64,000 bases of DNA from contig CM052816.1 of the NCBI GenBank assembly GCA_028534125.1, forward strand, positions 23,314,001 through 23,378,000, given 5' to 3'. Origin of the DNA: Lama glama. Lineage: Eukaryota. Positions 26,661 through 40,190 of this stretch are shown here, one piece after another. Numbering within the stretch: the stretch's first letter is position 1; each line of letters opens with the position of its first letter. Under the pieces are notes generated by a model that was not told the origin of the DNA, did not search any database, and was given only the letters and a program-made list of their open reading frames with translations. Made by a program: the position numbers and the translations under genes.

Positions 26661-27142
26661 TCCTTACACATGAGCCGTGTGTCCCATTTAATTCTCTTGG
26701 AGATTCATTACTCCTAAACCGGGCAGGATAATTCCTTTACTCTGTGTTGGGTAATGACAGACAGACACTATCACAGGCTGGAAGTGTTTCCACTTCTACA
26801 CAGTGTTTTCCTCGGATGTCTGAATAACACATAGCTTTGTAGGGCCGTGATCATCACAATGTTTACGTCATTTGGAAATGCATAGTGAAATGAATCATGT
26901 GTCAGATGACGACTGTCCTGATGAGGATTTTAATAATGTAATAAGACTCTAGTCAAAGTATCAGGAATCAGGAGGTACCTGAATGAACAACATTCAGAAG
27001 ACACTCTTCAAGTTTAGATGATTTCCCTAATTTTAAAACACCTGAGCCCAAAGCAAAAAATGGAAAGGTATGCATGTAATTCAGTAACTCAAATTACAAA
27101 GTTACATGTTAACATATGAGCATAGCCAGAATTCTCACTTAC

Positions 27143-27248
27143 TTGTGACCCATTTCATGAGCAATTGTGAATGCAAGGTTCAGGCCATTGTCTTCAGCAA
27201 TAATACATTTTCTCTTCTCACTACACATCCCACTCAGGTAAGCTATAC
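27143..27248 (-). CDS. ADAMTS19: ADAMTS19 106-nt exon: (G)[34 protein letters not shown](N), first part of the zinc-binding motif
   Basis: ctttctag|GTATAGCT...GGTCACAA|gtaagt. Open frame containing HExxH. Phase 1 in, phase 2 out. Confidence 0.97.
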
Positions 27249-29799
27249 CTAGAAAGCACAAACATTAAGTATCAAATGGCAGAATTAAAATGCAAATATT
27301 TATGCTTGGTATTAGTAGAATGAAAGAAAAATGATCGTTTTTCCACTCAAATATGCCAATATTAAACTGTGATACTTAGCACCTATAAACAGAATTTCAG
27401 GGGAAAAGGCCTATATGGGTCATTCAATAAACTATTAATATTCTTTTCAGTTTCATATTTTAGATGAAATGATGTTATCAATTATATAATTCTCCAACGG
27501 CATACCATGAGAATACATTTTGTAAATGCCACTTTTGATTGTCATGTAAGATAGCCACAGCTTAGAAAATGTAAATAAAAAAGTAATGATTATTTAAATA
27601 TTTTTTAATTCTTGTGAAGAACCTAGTTGCAAAGAAATACCCTAAAATAAACTACATTTAGAACATTCTTGAACTCACATTTGTATTTTGACTTAAAAAT
27701 TTTGAAATTTTATTTCATGAAATACCATTTAAACTAATGTAACAAAAACTATCTGCGGTACTTGGAAAACTGAGAATGTTTCCCTTTCTTAGTTAATAAG
27801 ATGATCTAACTGCAGAGTACATGATACTGAAATATTATTTAAGATAAAAATTTCAGCAAGACAATTAATCTTTTGGTTTATTAGTAAAGATGACAATATC
27901 TGAAATCACTAATACTTTTTTTAGTCAAAGATTCACATACTATTTTACTAATTAAGATATATCCCTAAATAAATATCATTTAACATAAGAAACTATTATC
28001 TTCCAAGAGTAAGTTATAACGTATTTTTAAATTACAGAAGTTATTTATCATAAAAAATATTGAGCATTTGTTGAATTAATTCTCAGATTCTTATAAAACA
28101 CATGTAAACACATTTAATGAAAAAATTAAAGCCTAGGCAGGTGAAATGATTTGCCAAAGATCATATGACTACCAAAATGATAGAGTGGGGACTGAAATCC
28201 AACTGTGAATCCACCTGCCAGCTAATTTTATTCTGCTTCTGATCACAATTCAGAGGAGAGCTGCCCCTAGGTAAATATGGTTAGCTGAATGCTTATAACT
28301 TCCCCCTCTTCAGAAACTTAAAGAATACTGGTAAGAAATAATTAAATTTAAATAAAATAATAAATCACCTTGCCCAGGTTTTAGAAAGATAGAAGATTCA
28401 CGAAGGAACGTGAATTTATTTAGTGGAGCCATAGCTCAAAAGATAGGAGAGAAGGATTTCATGAGCATGGTAGAGGCCCAAGAGGCTCAGGACTGAGGCA
28501 CACAAGGTTTGAGGACAGGCAATGCTGGCGGGCTGAAAATGGAGATCCGTGGAAAGCATGTCTGAAATCCTCACTCATTCAAACCTTCGTGAAAAATGTC
28601 AGTGCCCGACATCCACTGCCCCATCAAGAAAAGAAAGACGTACTTATTAAGCAAGATGTAATATGTTATTAAAAAATAAAACTAGAGAAAGAAACAGCTA
28701 AGAGAAGAAATATAGATACATGTTATTAACTCCACGTATTTAGAAATTAAAATAGATCTTACAGAAATTTCAAATTCACAGACAGATGAATGACTTCTTT
28801 ATTAATGGATGGCTGGACAGATGAATTGATGAACAGATTCCTACTTCATTTGGCTTATTAAGGCAACTGAAATTATCCCAGGGTTAAATCAAGATAAAGT
28901 AAGAAGGAAAGATGAAGGTGGCAAAACACAGAATGAAGTGGAAGAGGAGAAAAACATATTCTTTATCTAGTTCCATTAAACAACACATGAAACAACAACT
29001 TTTCAATTCTTAAATGCAATGTGAATTTTAAGAGCACACTAAAGTCATACACTAATTAATACAACAGAAAATGGAAAACCAAGATTTAGAAGTAACTGAA
29101 TTTGTGTTAAAATTGAAGGGAAGAAGGAAGAAAGGATAAAGGGAAGGATAGAGGGTGAAATAAAGTATCTCCTCTTAAAAGGGTATCAAAACTCTCGAGC
29201 ATTTAAAATTTTTTTAAATACATAATTTAAAACTAAACATTCTTCAAAAATTCTAAAGTAATCTCAACTATAAGCATGCTGATGACCACTATTTGGTACA
29301 AAATTTCCTTTAGGGTGCCTGTATATTTCACCACATTTTTTTTTACCACAATTAAAATAACCCCATCACTACCTGCAGATTAAAACTCAGCTAATGCAGG
29401 TTGTCATCAAGTCATACATCCCTTTGCTACATGGACCAGTACATATCAAATTTACTCACTTTAGTAAGTTTTACATTTCTTCTCCCATACCCATTCAAAT
29501 GTATTTGTTCCCAGATAAAAGTAGTATTGTCACTTATTTCAAATTATTATATCTTCTGTATTATTCTTTTTCTTCTATATTTATACATTTTTCCTTATTT
29601 TTCGGTAACCTTACTACGCTGGCTAGGATTTTCAACATACTGTTGAAATACGTGTGGTATTGAGCTGTCTGTCTGCTGACTTAAATAGCAATGTTTACAG
29701 TTTCACAATGGAAGATGATTGCTGTTGGACTTTCACAGATACAGCTTAAGTTAAGGAAATTAATTTCTGATATTCTTGTATGCCTAAGAGAAAAAGGAG

Positions 29800-30700
29800 G
29801 CAATGTTATTCAATGTGTGGGTCAAAGGTGAATGGGAGTTTGAAATTTTATTTTTGGAAAAGAAACAGAAGCTTGGAACACAACAGAGAGAAATGGGAGA
29901 GAGCACTGATTAAGTCCTAGGGGAATACTCAGTACAAATGGGCCAGAAAACATATGGTTCTGCTGCGGAGGGAGAGCATGAGCTTGGAGTAGCACTAACA
30001 TGCCCAGCTGAGCAGCCTCCAATCTAGTGGCTGAAACAGAGATTAACATTTGGATTAAATTTGGGCTGAGGTTTTGTAGATCAGGTATAAAGGAAGAATC
30101 AAAGGGTTATAGGGGTTGGCAGTAAAACTGAGAGTGAGCGATGGGATGGAACTTGTAAGGCTCTATGCTTGATAAGAAGTAAGGTCAGAGCCTCATAATA
30201 GGAAGAAATGAATACCATGGTCAGAAGAACAGTCATCAATGAAATAAAGAAACACACACTTTCCAATAAAGTGTTGCAGATTGAGAAAAGAGGGGAATTT
30301 AGGCATTTTAGGTTTCAGAGGTGAAGTTTCATGACATGAGGTACTGCCAAGAGAGCGGAGAAGGGCAGAAGTAGAGGTCAAACAATGATTAAGTCGTGTT
30401 CGGTGCACTAATAATATGAACGTGAAATTGCACAAGATCACAATGAACTCAGGAAGGTGGGAAAGGAGGCCACCCTCCCTAGGAGATGTGGGCGAGAATC
30501 AAGGAGGTCGTTCAGTCACAGCGACAGTGAGGGATACGACGGTAAAGCTCAAGGTTCAAAGGAAGAGTTTTCATACAAGGTCGGGAGAGATTTTGATTTA
30601 GAAGCAGCAGTGGGAACAGGAGGAATGCAACAGGTGTACAACTTTGCTTCTTCCTGGCACCAGCCCTGTGATTACAGGGAAGAGAAAGCACGGACAGTGA
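29800..30700 (-). mobile_element. L2 LINE internal fragment
   Basis: Purine-rich L2-like body. Weak recognition. Confidence 0.45.
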
Positions 30701-33650
30701 CCTCTCTGGGGGCTCGAAATTCCTCAACAGGTTATGGTAAACCAACAACCACTGTGTGGTCATGTAAAAAAACATACAGGGATAAAAATGATAATTTATA
30801 AAGAATAGACATATTTTATACTTTAAAACAGAAATTTATATAAAATGTAATTCAAAAATGAGCACACATTAACACAGAGGAATGATGACAACTCAGGAGT
30901 AAAAAATTCGTACCACCGCAAACTCATAGAAGACCAAAAGGACCACACAAATATGCTAAATTGTTAACAGCAACTGTTTTCTGCAAAGAGATTATGGGTC
31001 ATTTTTCCTCCTTTTTTCCCCACTTCCCAAATTCATGTAAGTGTTGATAATAGTTTTATAATGAGAAAATTAAAGACATAAATACGATAATCACGTCTAT
31101 GAAATTTGAGTAGTAATTAATAGGATGTCTTCTAGATCACAGTGCAATTTAATAACCAAAATGACCCTCTAGGTCTATTCTTCTTTTACTTAAGTGTAAA
31201 GTCAAAATCTCCAACTAAGATTCTGATAAATTTGAATTTCATTGTTCTTACATTTGGCACACCAAGGAGATTTTCTTTGACTTGAAAGTTATGGAGAATA
31301 ATTGTAACCATGACTAATTTAAATGACTTGCATTATTCTGTTTAAAAGCCCATGCTTTTCAGTTCTTTTCAAGAACCCACATGTTTCTTATTATAATAAG
31401 GGGTAGAGGTTAGGAAGGAAAAGGATTTAACACAGCTGTTACTTAAAGATAGATATAATACAGACCCTTTTAAAAGCACTCTACTATAAAAAATTATGAA
31501 AATACAAAGGAAACCAAAGTAACCTCTAATTTCTCATCTAAAAATGAATCAAGTCATGAATTGGGAGTCAAGAGAACCTCTCATCTGAAAACATAACATA
31601 CTGTCCTGGACATGATACACTACACGGCAACAAGACGATGAGCGACCTCTAAAACCCTCCAGGATGCATGTCACAATAATGGACTAATCAGGAAATCAGA
31701 GGTTTTACGTGATCAAATGCGTGTACCCTAACAAAAGTAAGTCACCTCGCTCCAGAACTGTTGCTTTTAACCGCTAGCTAGACATCCTAAGTTCAAAAGC
31801 CTGGCTTTCCTGGCACAAAACCCTGCACGTTCCTAGGTAAAGTTATTTATCCCGTGATTGCACACGATGAAGTAAGTTATATACCTATGATCCCCACTAT
31901 GTCTTGTGGCTTAAGGTAACGTGATATGTGACAAGAACCAAAGGCACAACAATGAACACGTGCTGAGCACTGCCTTCAGGAGCCTGAGCCACACAAACAC
32001 CCATTTTAAAATCTTACGACTGAAGCATGAAGATGCACATAGGATATTACGGCAGAATGAAAAAGAGACATTGAATAGGGGAAAGTCAAAGCAGGAAAGG
32101 CTTTCAGAAAGGGAAATAGCTTGGTGGTACCACTGAGTGGGCAGAGGTGAGCCAGAGGCAGGCAGCGGGAGGGGAGCTGGGGGTGGAATTTCTAAACAAA
32201 GGACTGATCAGGGGAAAGGGTAAGGAAAAGCTAGTGAGAGTTGATGTCACGTGTCGCGGGCGGCTTACGTCCTTTAAACGTGCAAACCACGGGGGACATT
32301 TCTGCCCCAACATTGCACTTAGCACATTCTCAATAAGGGGTATGTTAAAAGAAATGCACAGCAAGACTAATATAAAATGTGATTCAATGTAGGGCCTTAA
32401 AGAAAAACATGATTTTAAAGAATCAAACATATTTCATCCACTAATTAGAAAAAATTTGTAATAATTTAGTAATGGTGCCCAGGCAATGTAAAACCCATTT
32501 ACATGATTACAATCAAACTGGGCTTTGAACATATTCTAAAATAACAACTTGCCTTACTACTTTGCTAATTATCTGCCTCTGTTCCATTAAAAGATGAGAT
32601 GATGATCTAGGAATATAAAAGCACAATTATATAAGTTACAAGTTTATTAACAGTATAGATATAAATGTATTTAAAAACAGGCTTCCAGATTCTCTTAAAT
32701 GTTTAAGTAATTATAATATTCTTAACAGCATGGTTTCTATGAATACTAAGCAAAGTGACTTCTAACAACAAAAAACAGTATTAGTTTAATAAAATGTATA
32801 GTGTAACTCTACGGTTAAATAAGGCAGAATATTGTACAGACACTAAAATGTTGTTTATATGTTCTCATATCATGGTAGCCTCTTTTTATAAAAAACACAC
32901 CAAGATGCCAAATGACATGTAATATATACAAATTCTGGAATATACAAGTAAGCCTGAAGCAAAAAGTTTCCAATCACAAGAATAACGCTTAAAAAATTCA
33001 AGTCTGGAGTGATAAGATCATGAATTAATACTGTCAGAGCCATAAACATAGTCATAAACCTACTCATAATAAAAACAGAACTCATTAAAAATGTGTAAGT
33101 TGAAATGACAATGCTTAGGGAATTTCATAGGGTATATCAGAAAAAATGAGACTGAAAATCATTGGTTAAAAAATGCCTCCCAAGAGATGGGAAGAGAGCA
33201 TCAAATCTTAAGAAAGTAGAAAGAAGGAAATAATAAAGTGGAAAATCAAGGAACAATAAAATGAATGTAAAAGAAAACTGGCAAAAGCTGATACTTCCCT
33301 AGCAAACTGGTTAAGAATAAAAGAGACAAATACAAATCACCAGCATAAAAAATGAATATAAAAATGTCTCCACAGTTCCTATGCTAAATAGTATATTCAT
33401 AAATTTTCCAACTTACCAAAGCTGTCACAAGAAACACAGAATCTAAAATTTCCTATAATAATCCCCTTCATTCATGATACTCCAGCTCCACTGGCTGTTT
33501 TTCTCTTTCTCTTTCTTTTCTTTTCTTTTTTTTTTTTTTTTGGCTCATTATTTCTCAAATGGGACAAGCATGTTTTTCCACCTCAAGACCTCTTGTCACC
33601 TGTCTGGAACATTCTCTACCTCCATCTCTCTCCAGATCTTTTTAAAATAT

Positions 33651-34267
33651 TGTAACCAAGCAGGACCCTAGGGGGCCTTCCTGGGACAGACCTCTCCCCC
33701 ACGTCCTCTGCCTGCCTCTTCTCTGTAGAAAAGCTGTAGTCTCCCAGGCCTCCCCAGAGTCACGAAGGCCTGGCTCAAGAATTAATGACTGAAAGGATGT
33801 GAGCATGTAGTGACAAAAGTAGCAGTTGGGCCAGGAGAGCTGGTAACAATTTGAACAGTAAATTAGGCATATGGCAGTCACAGAATCTTTAGTTCCTCCC
33901 TGAAGTATACAGATAACAGTGTCTGATGCACGTTCCTGAGTTGTTTTACAGATATTAAAGCCCCCACCAAATGGAAGACGTGAACTGCATGATGGCCACG
34001 AGCACTCAGCCCTCAGAGGAGCTGAAGCCTGAGGACCAGTACTGTTAATCCCTGTGACACCACCCTTTTACCTCACCATCAACCAATCAGACTTGTGCAT
34101 GAGCTGATCACATAGTCTTCAATGCCTCTCTCCCACCTTGCTCTTAAAATGCTTCCCTGAAACCCGCTAGAGATTTCAGGTTTTTTGGAGCACTAGCTGC
34201 TCTGAATTCCTTGTCAGTAGGTTGGTTCTACTATGTGGTGAGGAGACCCAAGTTTGGATGGGTAACA
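33651..34267 (+). mobile_element. Solo ERV1-class LTR (617 bp), possibly MER41-related
   Basis: TGTAACC...GGTAACA imperfect inverted termini, 4-bp TSD atat (33647-33650 and 34268-34271), CCAAT box aaccaatcag at 34081. Splits an L2 fragment. Confidence 0.85.
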
Positions 34268-37209
34268 ATATCACTTTTTTCAGTAAGGCATTTCTTGATC
34301 TCCAAATTTAAAATTATAAATACCCTTCTCCCTACCATGGAGTTCCTAGACTATCTCTTACTTAGATCAATTATTTTCCCCTTTTCTTCATTTTCATTTC
34401 ATTTTTAATGCCTCATTTCACTTATATATTTCAATACACCAATTGCTTTAATTATTTACGAAGGTTATTGACCATCTCCCCTTCAGAATGTAAGCACCGC
34501 AGGGCCGGCAAGTACTCAGAAGTCAACTTGTTCATTCCCAGTGTGTAGATCATGTTTTGCACAGTACAGGGCTAATGAAGTCTGAGCTGTACTAACATTC
34601 ATTTCTCTTATATTTCCACGGAGGTGATGTCCTCCTACTCATCTAAGGGCTTTGCTCTGATGGCAGATGGGAAAGGATAAGGATGAGTGTTATTCCTTTG
34701 GAACTCTGGAGGATGTGGATTGGGAAGACCCAGGCCAACACAGGGTGGCTCAAATCGAGAAGAAAGGAAGACACTGAGTGACCAGGTGGAGAGAAGGACT
34801 GAGCTATCACTTCTGAGCCTACTTTGATTCTTGCTGCCAAGGAGACTGGAGTGGAGGGTGGTTTCAGGCGGAGGACCTATGGATGATAAAGCTGAAGTTC
34901 AGCAGTGTCCCCAGCAGTAGCACTAGCTGGAAGGGTGGGGACTGGGGGGAGCAGGTAGATAGAGTGCGATGGAGAGAACTGACGAGGAAAGCTACAGAGC
35001 CCTGAGTTGAATGTTCCTATGTTGACCCACCAACTACATTCCTGTAGCCAAGTCAGGAGCGTGCTCTGTTGCTGTGTAGACTCAGGGATTGCTGCAAAGA
35101 TGAAAAGACTAGAGGCATCAGAGGGCAGAGAAGGAAGGGTGATTTCTGACCTTCAGCCCATCACCCACGCTTCTTCGAAAGAATCAAATGAGAGGCTGGG
35201 GGATTATTCGAAAAACTGAATATTAGCAAAAAGCAAACCAAAACCGAAAAAAAAAAAAGGTATATGAATAAAGTAATTTAAAGTAGAAAAAATATTAATT
35301 GACAAGTTTAAGTTTTCACTGTCTTGGCATCAAGTGAAGTAGGAACTTGTGAAAGATTTAATACATTGTAGAAAGCTAGATGCAACATTTTCTTTGCTTA
35401 ATTTAGTATAATTTTTGACCTTGTTATGTGTATTGAGACAAAATTAACTACAGATGGGAATATATGTGTTTTAAAAAGTTGGTGTGTGTTACATTTTAAT
35501 GGGTTTCTGAAGGAAAATAAAAGAGTGAATAATTATTCATTTTATATTATTACCCTAAGGTGCCACAGAGCAGAGCACCAGTGCACCAGATCACATATAT
35601 ACACCACTTTTAAATCTTTGGCAAGCTTTTATATGAAATATTAATGTGGTGCAGGAAGAAGAAAGTGAAAGATGGTTTAAGTAAATGTTTAGGAAAAACA
35701 GTGAAAGGCAGGGAGTCCAGAGGGAGTATGTGGGGTAAGTAGAGGTGGCCGGTCCCTAGGTTCTACTCTTCTGAGATGGAAAGGACATCTTGGTACAGGA
35801 CACCTCCAAAGCAGGTTTTGATGTTGCTTTTGCTGTTTTTACCCTTCCTTATTAAGCTTTATAATAAACCACCCCACTAAGCAGACCCACCTCCTCCCCA
35901 GGGTAAGGTAATGAAAAGGACGGCTTTTGTATGGAAGGCAGAACAATTAAGAAAATTTATGCCTGCGGCGAGCTCTGTCCTCCCGCTTTGGTATTCCAGA
36001 TTTATTCGGCTTCACATCCACTTCTCATCTCTCTTCAGAAAATTTAAGGCTGGGTTGTTGGATGGTTTTAGAAGTTCAACCCTTCAATCTTTAGAGAGTT
36101 TAAATTAAGCCAGACTCCAGTGTACATTGTTGTGGTTTTGATATATCATTAATACATCATTAATAATGTACACCATCTGAAATTCTTAATTTAGATTTCA
36201 GTGACGCTCTGAAAGTGTAATTCTTGTGGCACAGTGAAAAAGCCAGATGTGGTCGATTACACATCTAACTCCTGTAAATCAGTAATGAGAACTTGACCGT
36301 GCAGTCTACCACAAACATGGCTGAGAAATGGTATTCTCATTGCTGTGTTAATTTTAAAAAAGATAAATCAGAGTTCTGAGGCTTTATACATAACTTTGCT
36401 CATAAGTAAAAAAAAAAAATTAATGATTTCATCGGCCTTGGAGATTAAAAAACTGTCATGACTCTGAAAAATAGGTAAGATGAAACACAGTTAAAGATTT
36501 TTGTGAAGCAAGTTTAAGGATACAGCTGGAAAATTTTTTAAGTGTTCTGATTACATATAAATCAGGAATTTTGGCTAACGCTTTTTTATAATGTTATAAC
36601 GTAATCATATCCTGAAGGCATTAAACGGGACAATTAAAACTAAAAATATCGAGCTACTAAGACGCTGTATAAATTGCTTTCTTAGTACACTAGTAAAAAC
36701 ACTGACAGCATGCATTTGTAACTACAAACCAACTCCAACTTCAAACAGTTTGACACAATCTTCTTTTTCCACCTTGCCAATTTTTAATGATTTTGTTACT
36801 CTGCATAACTTGCTTTCTACTCAATATGGTCAGTGCTTTTTGTTCCAGTGAAGGAAAGAAATACTTCTATGCACTGGAGAAAGCTAAAGAATATAATTAC
36901 AACTATCTGATGTTCTTAAATCTCAACTATTTAAAATACTAAGTTTGGTATGGGGCTTTGACATAATTTGTAAAATAAAACATATGTGTACGTAAGGGCA
37001 AGTGACTACAACCCTAGACACATTTTTAAGATTGCAGTTTTTTACGTCTATACACCGAGGCAGTTAATAGTAAATAAGTTGGTGAAAATTTTTCTCAACA
37101 ATGATTTGATGTTTTCTAAAATCCTGGTCAGAGTTTCATAATAAATTTTTAATGACTTGTTTTCAGCATCAAGTATAAAAAAGGCAAAACACAAAGAATC
37201 AAGTTTTAG

Positions 37210-37550
37210 GAATTGAGGCTGTATGTCAAATATTCCAGGATTTGAGTCCAAACCTTGATTTTTAGCTTTGTGATCATGGGAAAGTTAGTTCTGTTTTCTG
37301 AGCCTCAGTTTTCCCAATCATAAAATTGGGAAATCAACCGTTTTTCTGAAGAACGCTAATTCATTTAGATAACATATTTCAGGCTTCTGATGGCCTGTCT
37401 GAAACATGTTAACTAGTAATTATTAAACTTAGCTTTCTTATTTGTAGAATGAGGTAACAACCCCTAAGATAGAGAACTCTTGAAAGGTTAAAGGAGGTGA
37501 TGTATTAAAAAAAAAAATCTCGGGCGCAGAGAAGATGCTTAACAAGTATT
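37210..37550 (+). mobile_element. Two MIR fragments
   Basis: ctgagcctcagttttcccaatcataaaattggg; tttcttatttgtagaatgagg. Confidence 0.7.
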
Positions 37551-38409
37551 CCCGTCCACCGACGATGTTGTATAAACGTGCAGTCAGCACGAGCTGCACT
37601 CTCCAGATGCTCAGAGTGAGACAACTCTTAAAAACTGTAAGGGGGACCTCAGGGAGTTCTCTAAATTAAAACGTTTTTTGTTTCCCAAAGTTGTACTCAG
37701 CAAATTTTAATATTCATACAGTGTTTAATAGCATGATTAAAATAATTTCTAATATAAACAAAATTCTGTAATTAAAACAAAGCTTTGAGAGTAAAGGATC
37801 TTGAGAAGAGAAATATCTAAAGAATAACCACTTTTCATAATAATTCCTTAAGAATTATGTATCCGAGGCTTATCCCTACAACACGTCTTGCCAAAATAGA
37901 AATATAAAATGTCTGATTTATGTTCTGGCCAGTGTCTAGTAAGATATACACCAGCAGCCAAGAACTAAAACAAGATAAGCCCAGCCTTGCTTTTATTATA
38001 AACCGATGAAGGAGATCATTTTCCTACCAGGAAACCATTTCTATTCAGAAATACAAAGACTGAGCACCTGGGATGCTCAATCACTGTGCTATGTGCTGAG
38101 GAAACAACAAGTACTGAGCAAGATCTCTGACCACAAAGAGATGAGAAGGAGAGGGAGTGAATGGAATGCAAGTTATGAGAAAAGTATACTGAAGTCCACC
38201 AGGTTGATGCATGGTACAGTGAGAGGCCATTCAGGAAGCCTAGAAGTGGAAATTCATCAGGGTTCTGATGAATGGGTAGAGTCTGAATAGGGATAAAGAG
38301 ATGAGAGAACAACAAAGAAATAGACTTCTATTTGGAAATTCTAAAACAATACATTTGAACACACTCACCAAAACCTGTAAAAATTATCAGCTTTTAAGCA
38401 GCTCTTTTG

Positions 38410-40190
38410 GCTATAAACTGTATTTTCTTCCTCTGAGAATGCCCTTATTTCACCTTCATCTACAGTGACATTCCCTTTTTTCAGTATTTCAAAAAGACGT
38501 GTCATCCTCCTGGCTTTCCTGGTTTGTTATGAGAAATCTGCTGTCATCAGAGTCACTGTTCCCCTAAAAATAAGTGGTTTTTCTGTGTCATTTTTTTTCT
38601 TTGTCTTTAGTTTTCAGTGTTTGATCATGGTATCTCTGGCTGTGGTATCTCTGGCTTCAAGTATTTCTTGTTTGGAGTTCACTTGGCTTCTTGAATCTAA
38701 TGGTTTAAATCTTCTGCCAAATTTGAGAAGTCTTCAGTCATATTTCTTCTCTCCTTCTGGGACCCATGACAACTGCTTTGAAATTTCCCACAGATCCCTG
38801 AGACTCTGTTTATATTTTTTCCAATCTTCTTTTCTCTCTGGTGCTCATATTGGATAATTTCTTCTGATCTAGCATTAAGTTCACTGACTCTTTTTCTCTG
38901 CTGTCTCTACTATTCAGTACATCCAGAGAAATTTTTATTTTGATTATTCTTTCCTCAATTCTAGTATTTACATTTGGTTGTTCTTTACATATTCTATTCA
39001 TTTGCTGAAACTCTCCATCCTTCACTTCAGGAATGTTTGCAACTTACTTGTTGCAACATCTCTGTAATTGATATTTTAGTCTTTTGTCAGGAAATTCCAA
39101 AACCTGTGCCATCTCAGAGTGGGAATTCAAATTGAAAATTTCCTATTTCTTTATAAATGTGTAATTTTGGATTGTATCCTGAACATTCTGAAGAATATAC
39201 TATGAGACTCTCAGTCTTACCTAAATCCTATGAAGAATGCTAATACATTTAATTTTTTAGCATGAAATCAACCTCGTTGGGTTCAGGATGTAATTTCCAA
39301 ACGTCCAAGGCTCTTGTGGGCTTTAGTTTCATTGTCAAATTTTCTGTGTCAGTTTTCAAAGACTTCTTACTGTTACTCAAATCTATTTGATGTGTTTGTC
39401 ACCCAGTGACCAGTCTGGGACCGAGATAGCTCCGTAACTCAGCAACTCACTTCTCAAAGAAATTTTAGGGTCATATTCACATATACAAGAATTGGAGGTG
39501 AGCAAAGGAGTTACCAAACGATTTTCTGGGGTTACTTTCCTTAGCTCCTCCCTCTCCATTATGTCCCTGGTAACTTTCATGTCCCTGTGGTTCTCTTTCA
39601 GCTCAGCTTCCAGAAAGGCTGGGCTTTCGTTACCTCACTAAGCTTTGCACTTTAATAACCATATCTGCTTCGAGGTCTGAGTAACAGGAGAGAACAGAGA
39701 CAAAAGAGCAGTGGGCTCGCCCTTCTGGAATGAAAGCCCTGTAGATCAGAGAGGAGGGGTCACCTGAGATTTCTGACTCCTACTGCTGCCACTATGGTCC
39801 CCAATGCCACTGTCACAGGATGGCTTTGCAGAAGGGGGAGGAGAGAATGTAGACAATTTTTAAACAGAGGATTCCCCTCACTTTCTCTGAGCATTAGGGG
39901 ACCTTCCTCGCCCTCAATTTAAACTAGAAGTATTCCCTAGAGCTCTCTCTATATATGCCCCAGTGACCACTTTCAAGTTTGGGCTGTGTTAAGTCCAGGA
40001 GAGACAGAGAGAAAAATAATAAACTCACTGCTGGTTTGGTGATACTTCAAATTCTTGTCTTCTTCCCAATCTGCATGCTACTATTTACTTTTTAAAAATC
40101 CTCAAATAGCTGTTCCATTCTCCCATGTTTAATAGCTGCATTAAATGAAAGAGAAGGGTGGAGTGTGTTTACTCAAGTGTACCTTCAACT
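38410..40190 (-). mobile_element. Old L1 5' region / ORF1 remnant
   Basis: ORF 38810..39025 resembles the L1 ORF1 coiled coil (IKISLDVLNSR). Typical motif gagaaatctgctgtcat. Confidence 0.7.

Noticed and set aside
27235..27243. Consensus CAG|GTAAG donor on the plus strand, suggesting an antisense exon
   Set aside because: It is explained by the Ala-Tyr-Leu codons of the minus-strand exon, and there is no other support.
30457..30801. 114-aa plus-strand ORF
   Set aside because: It lies in repeat-like, locally GC-rich sequence with no homology I recognise.
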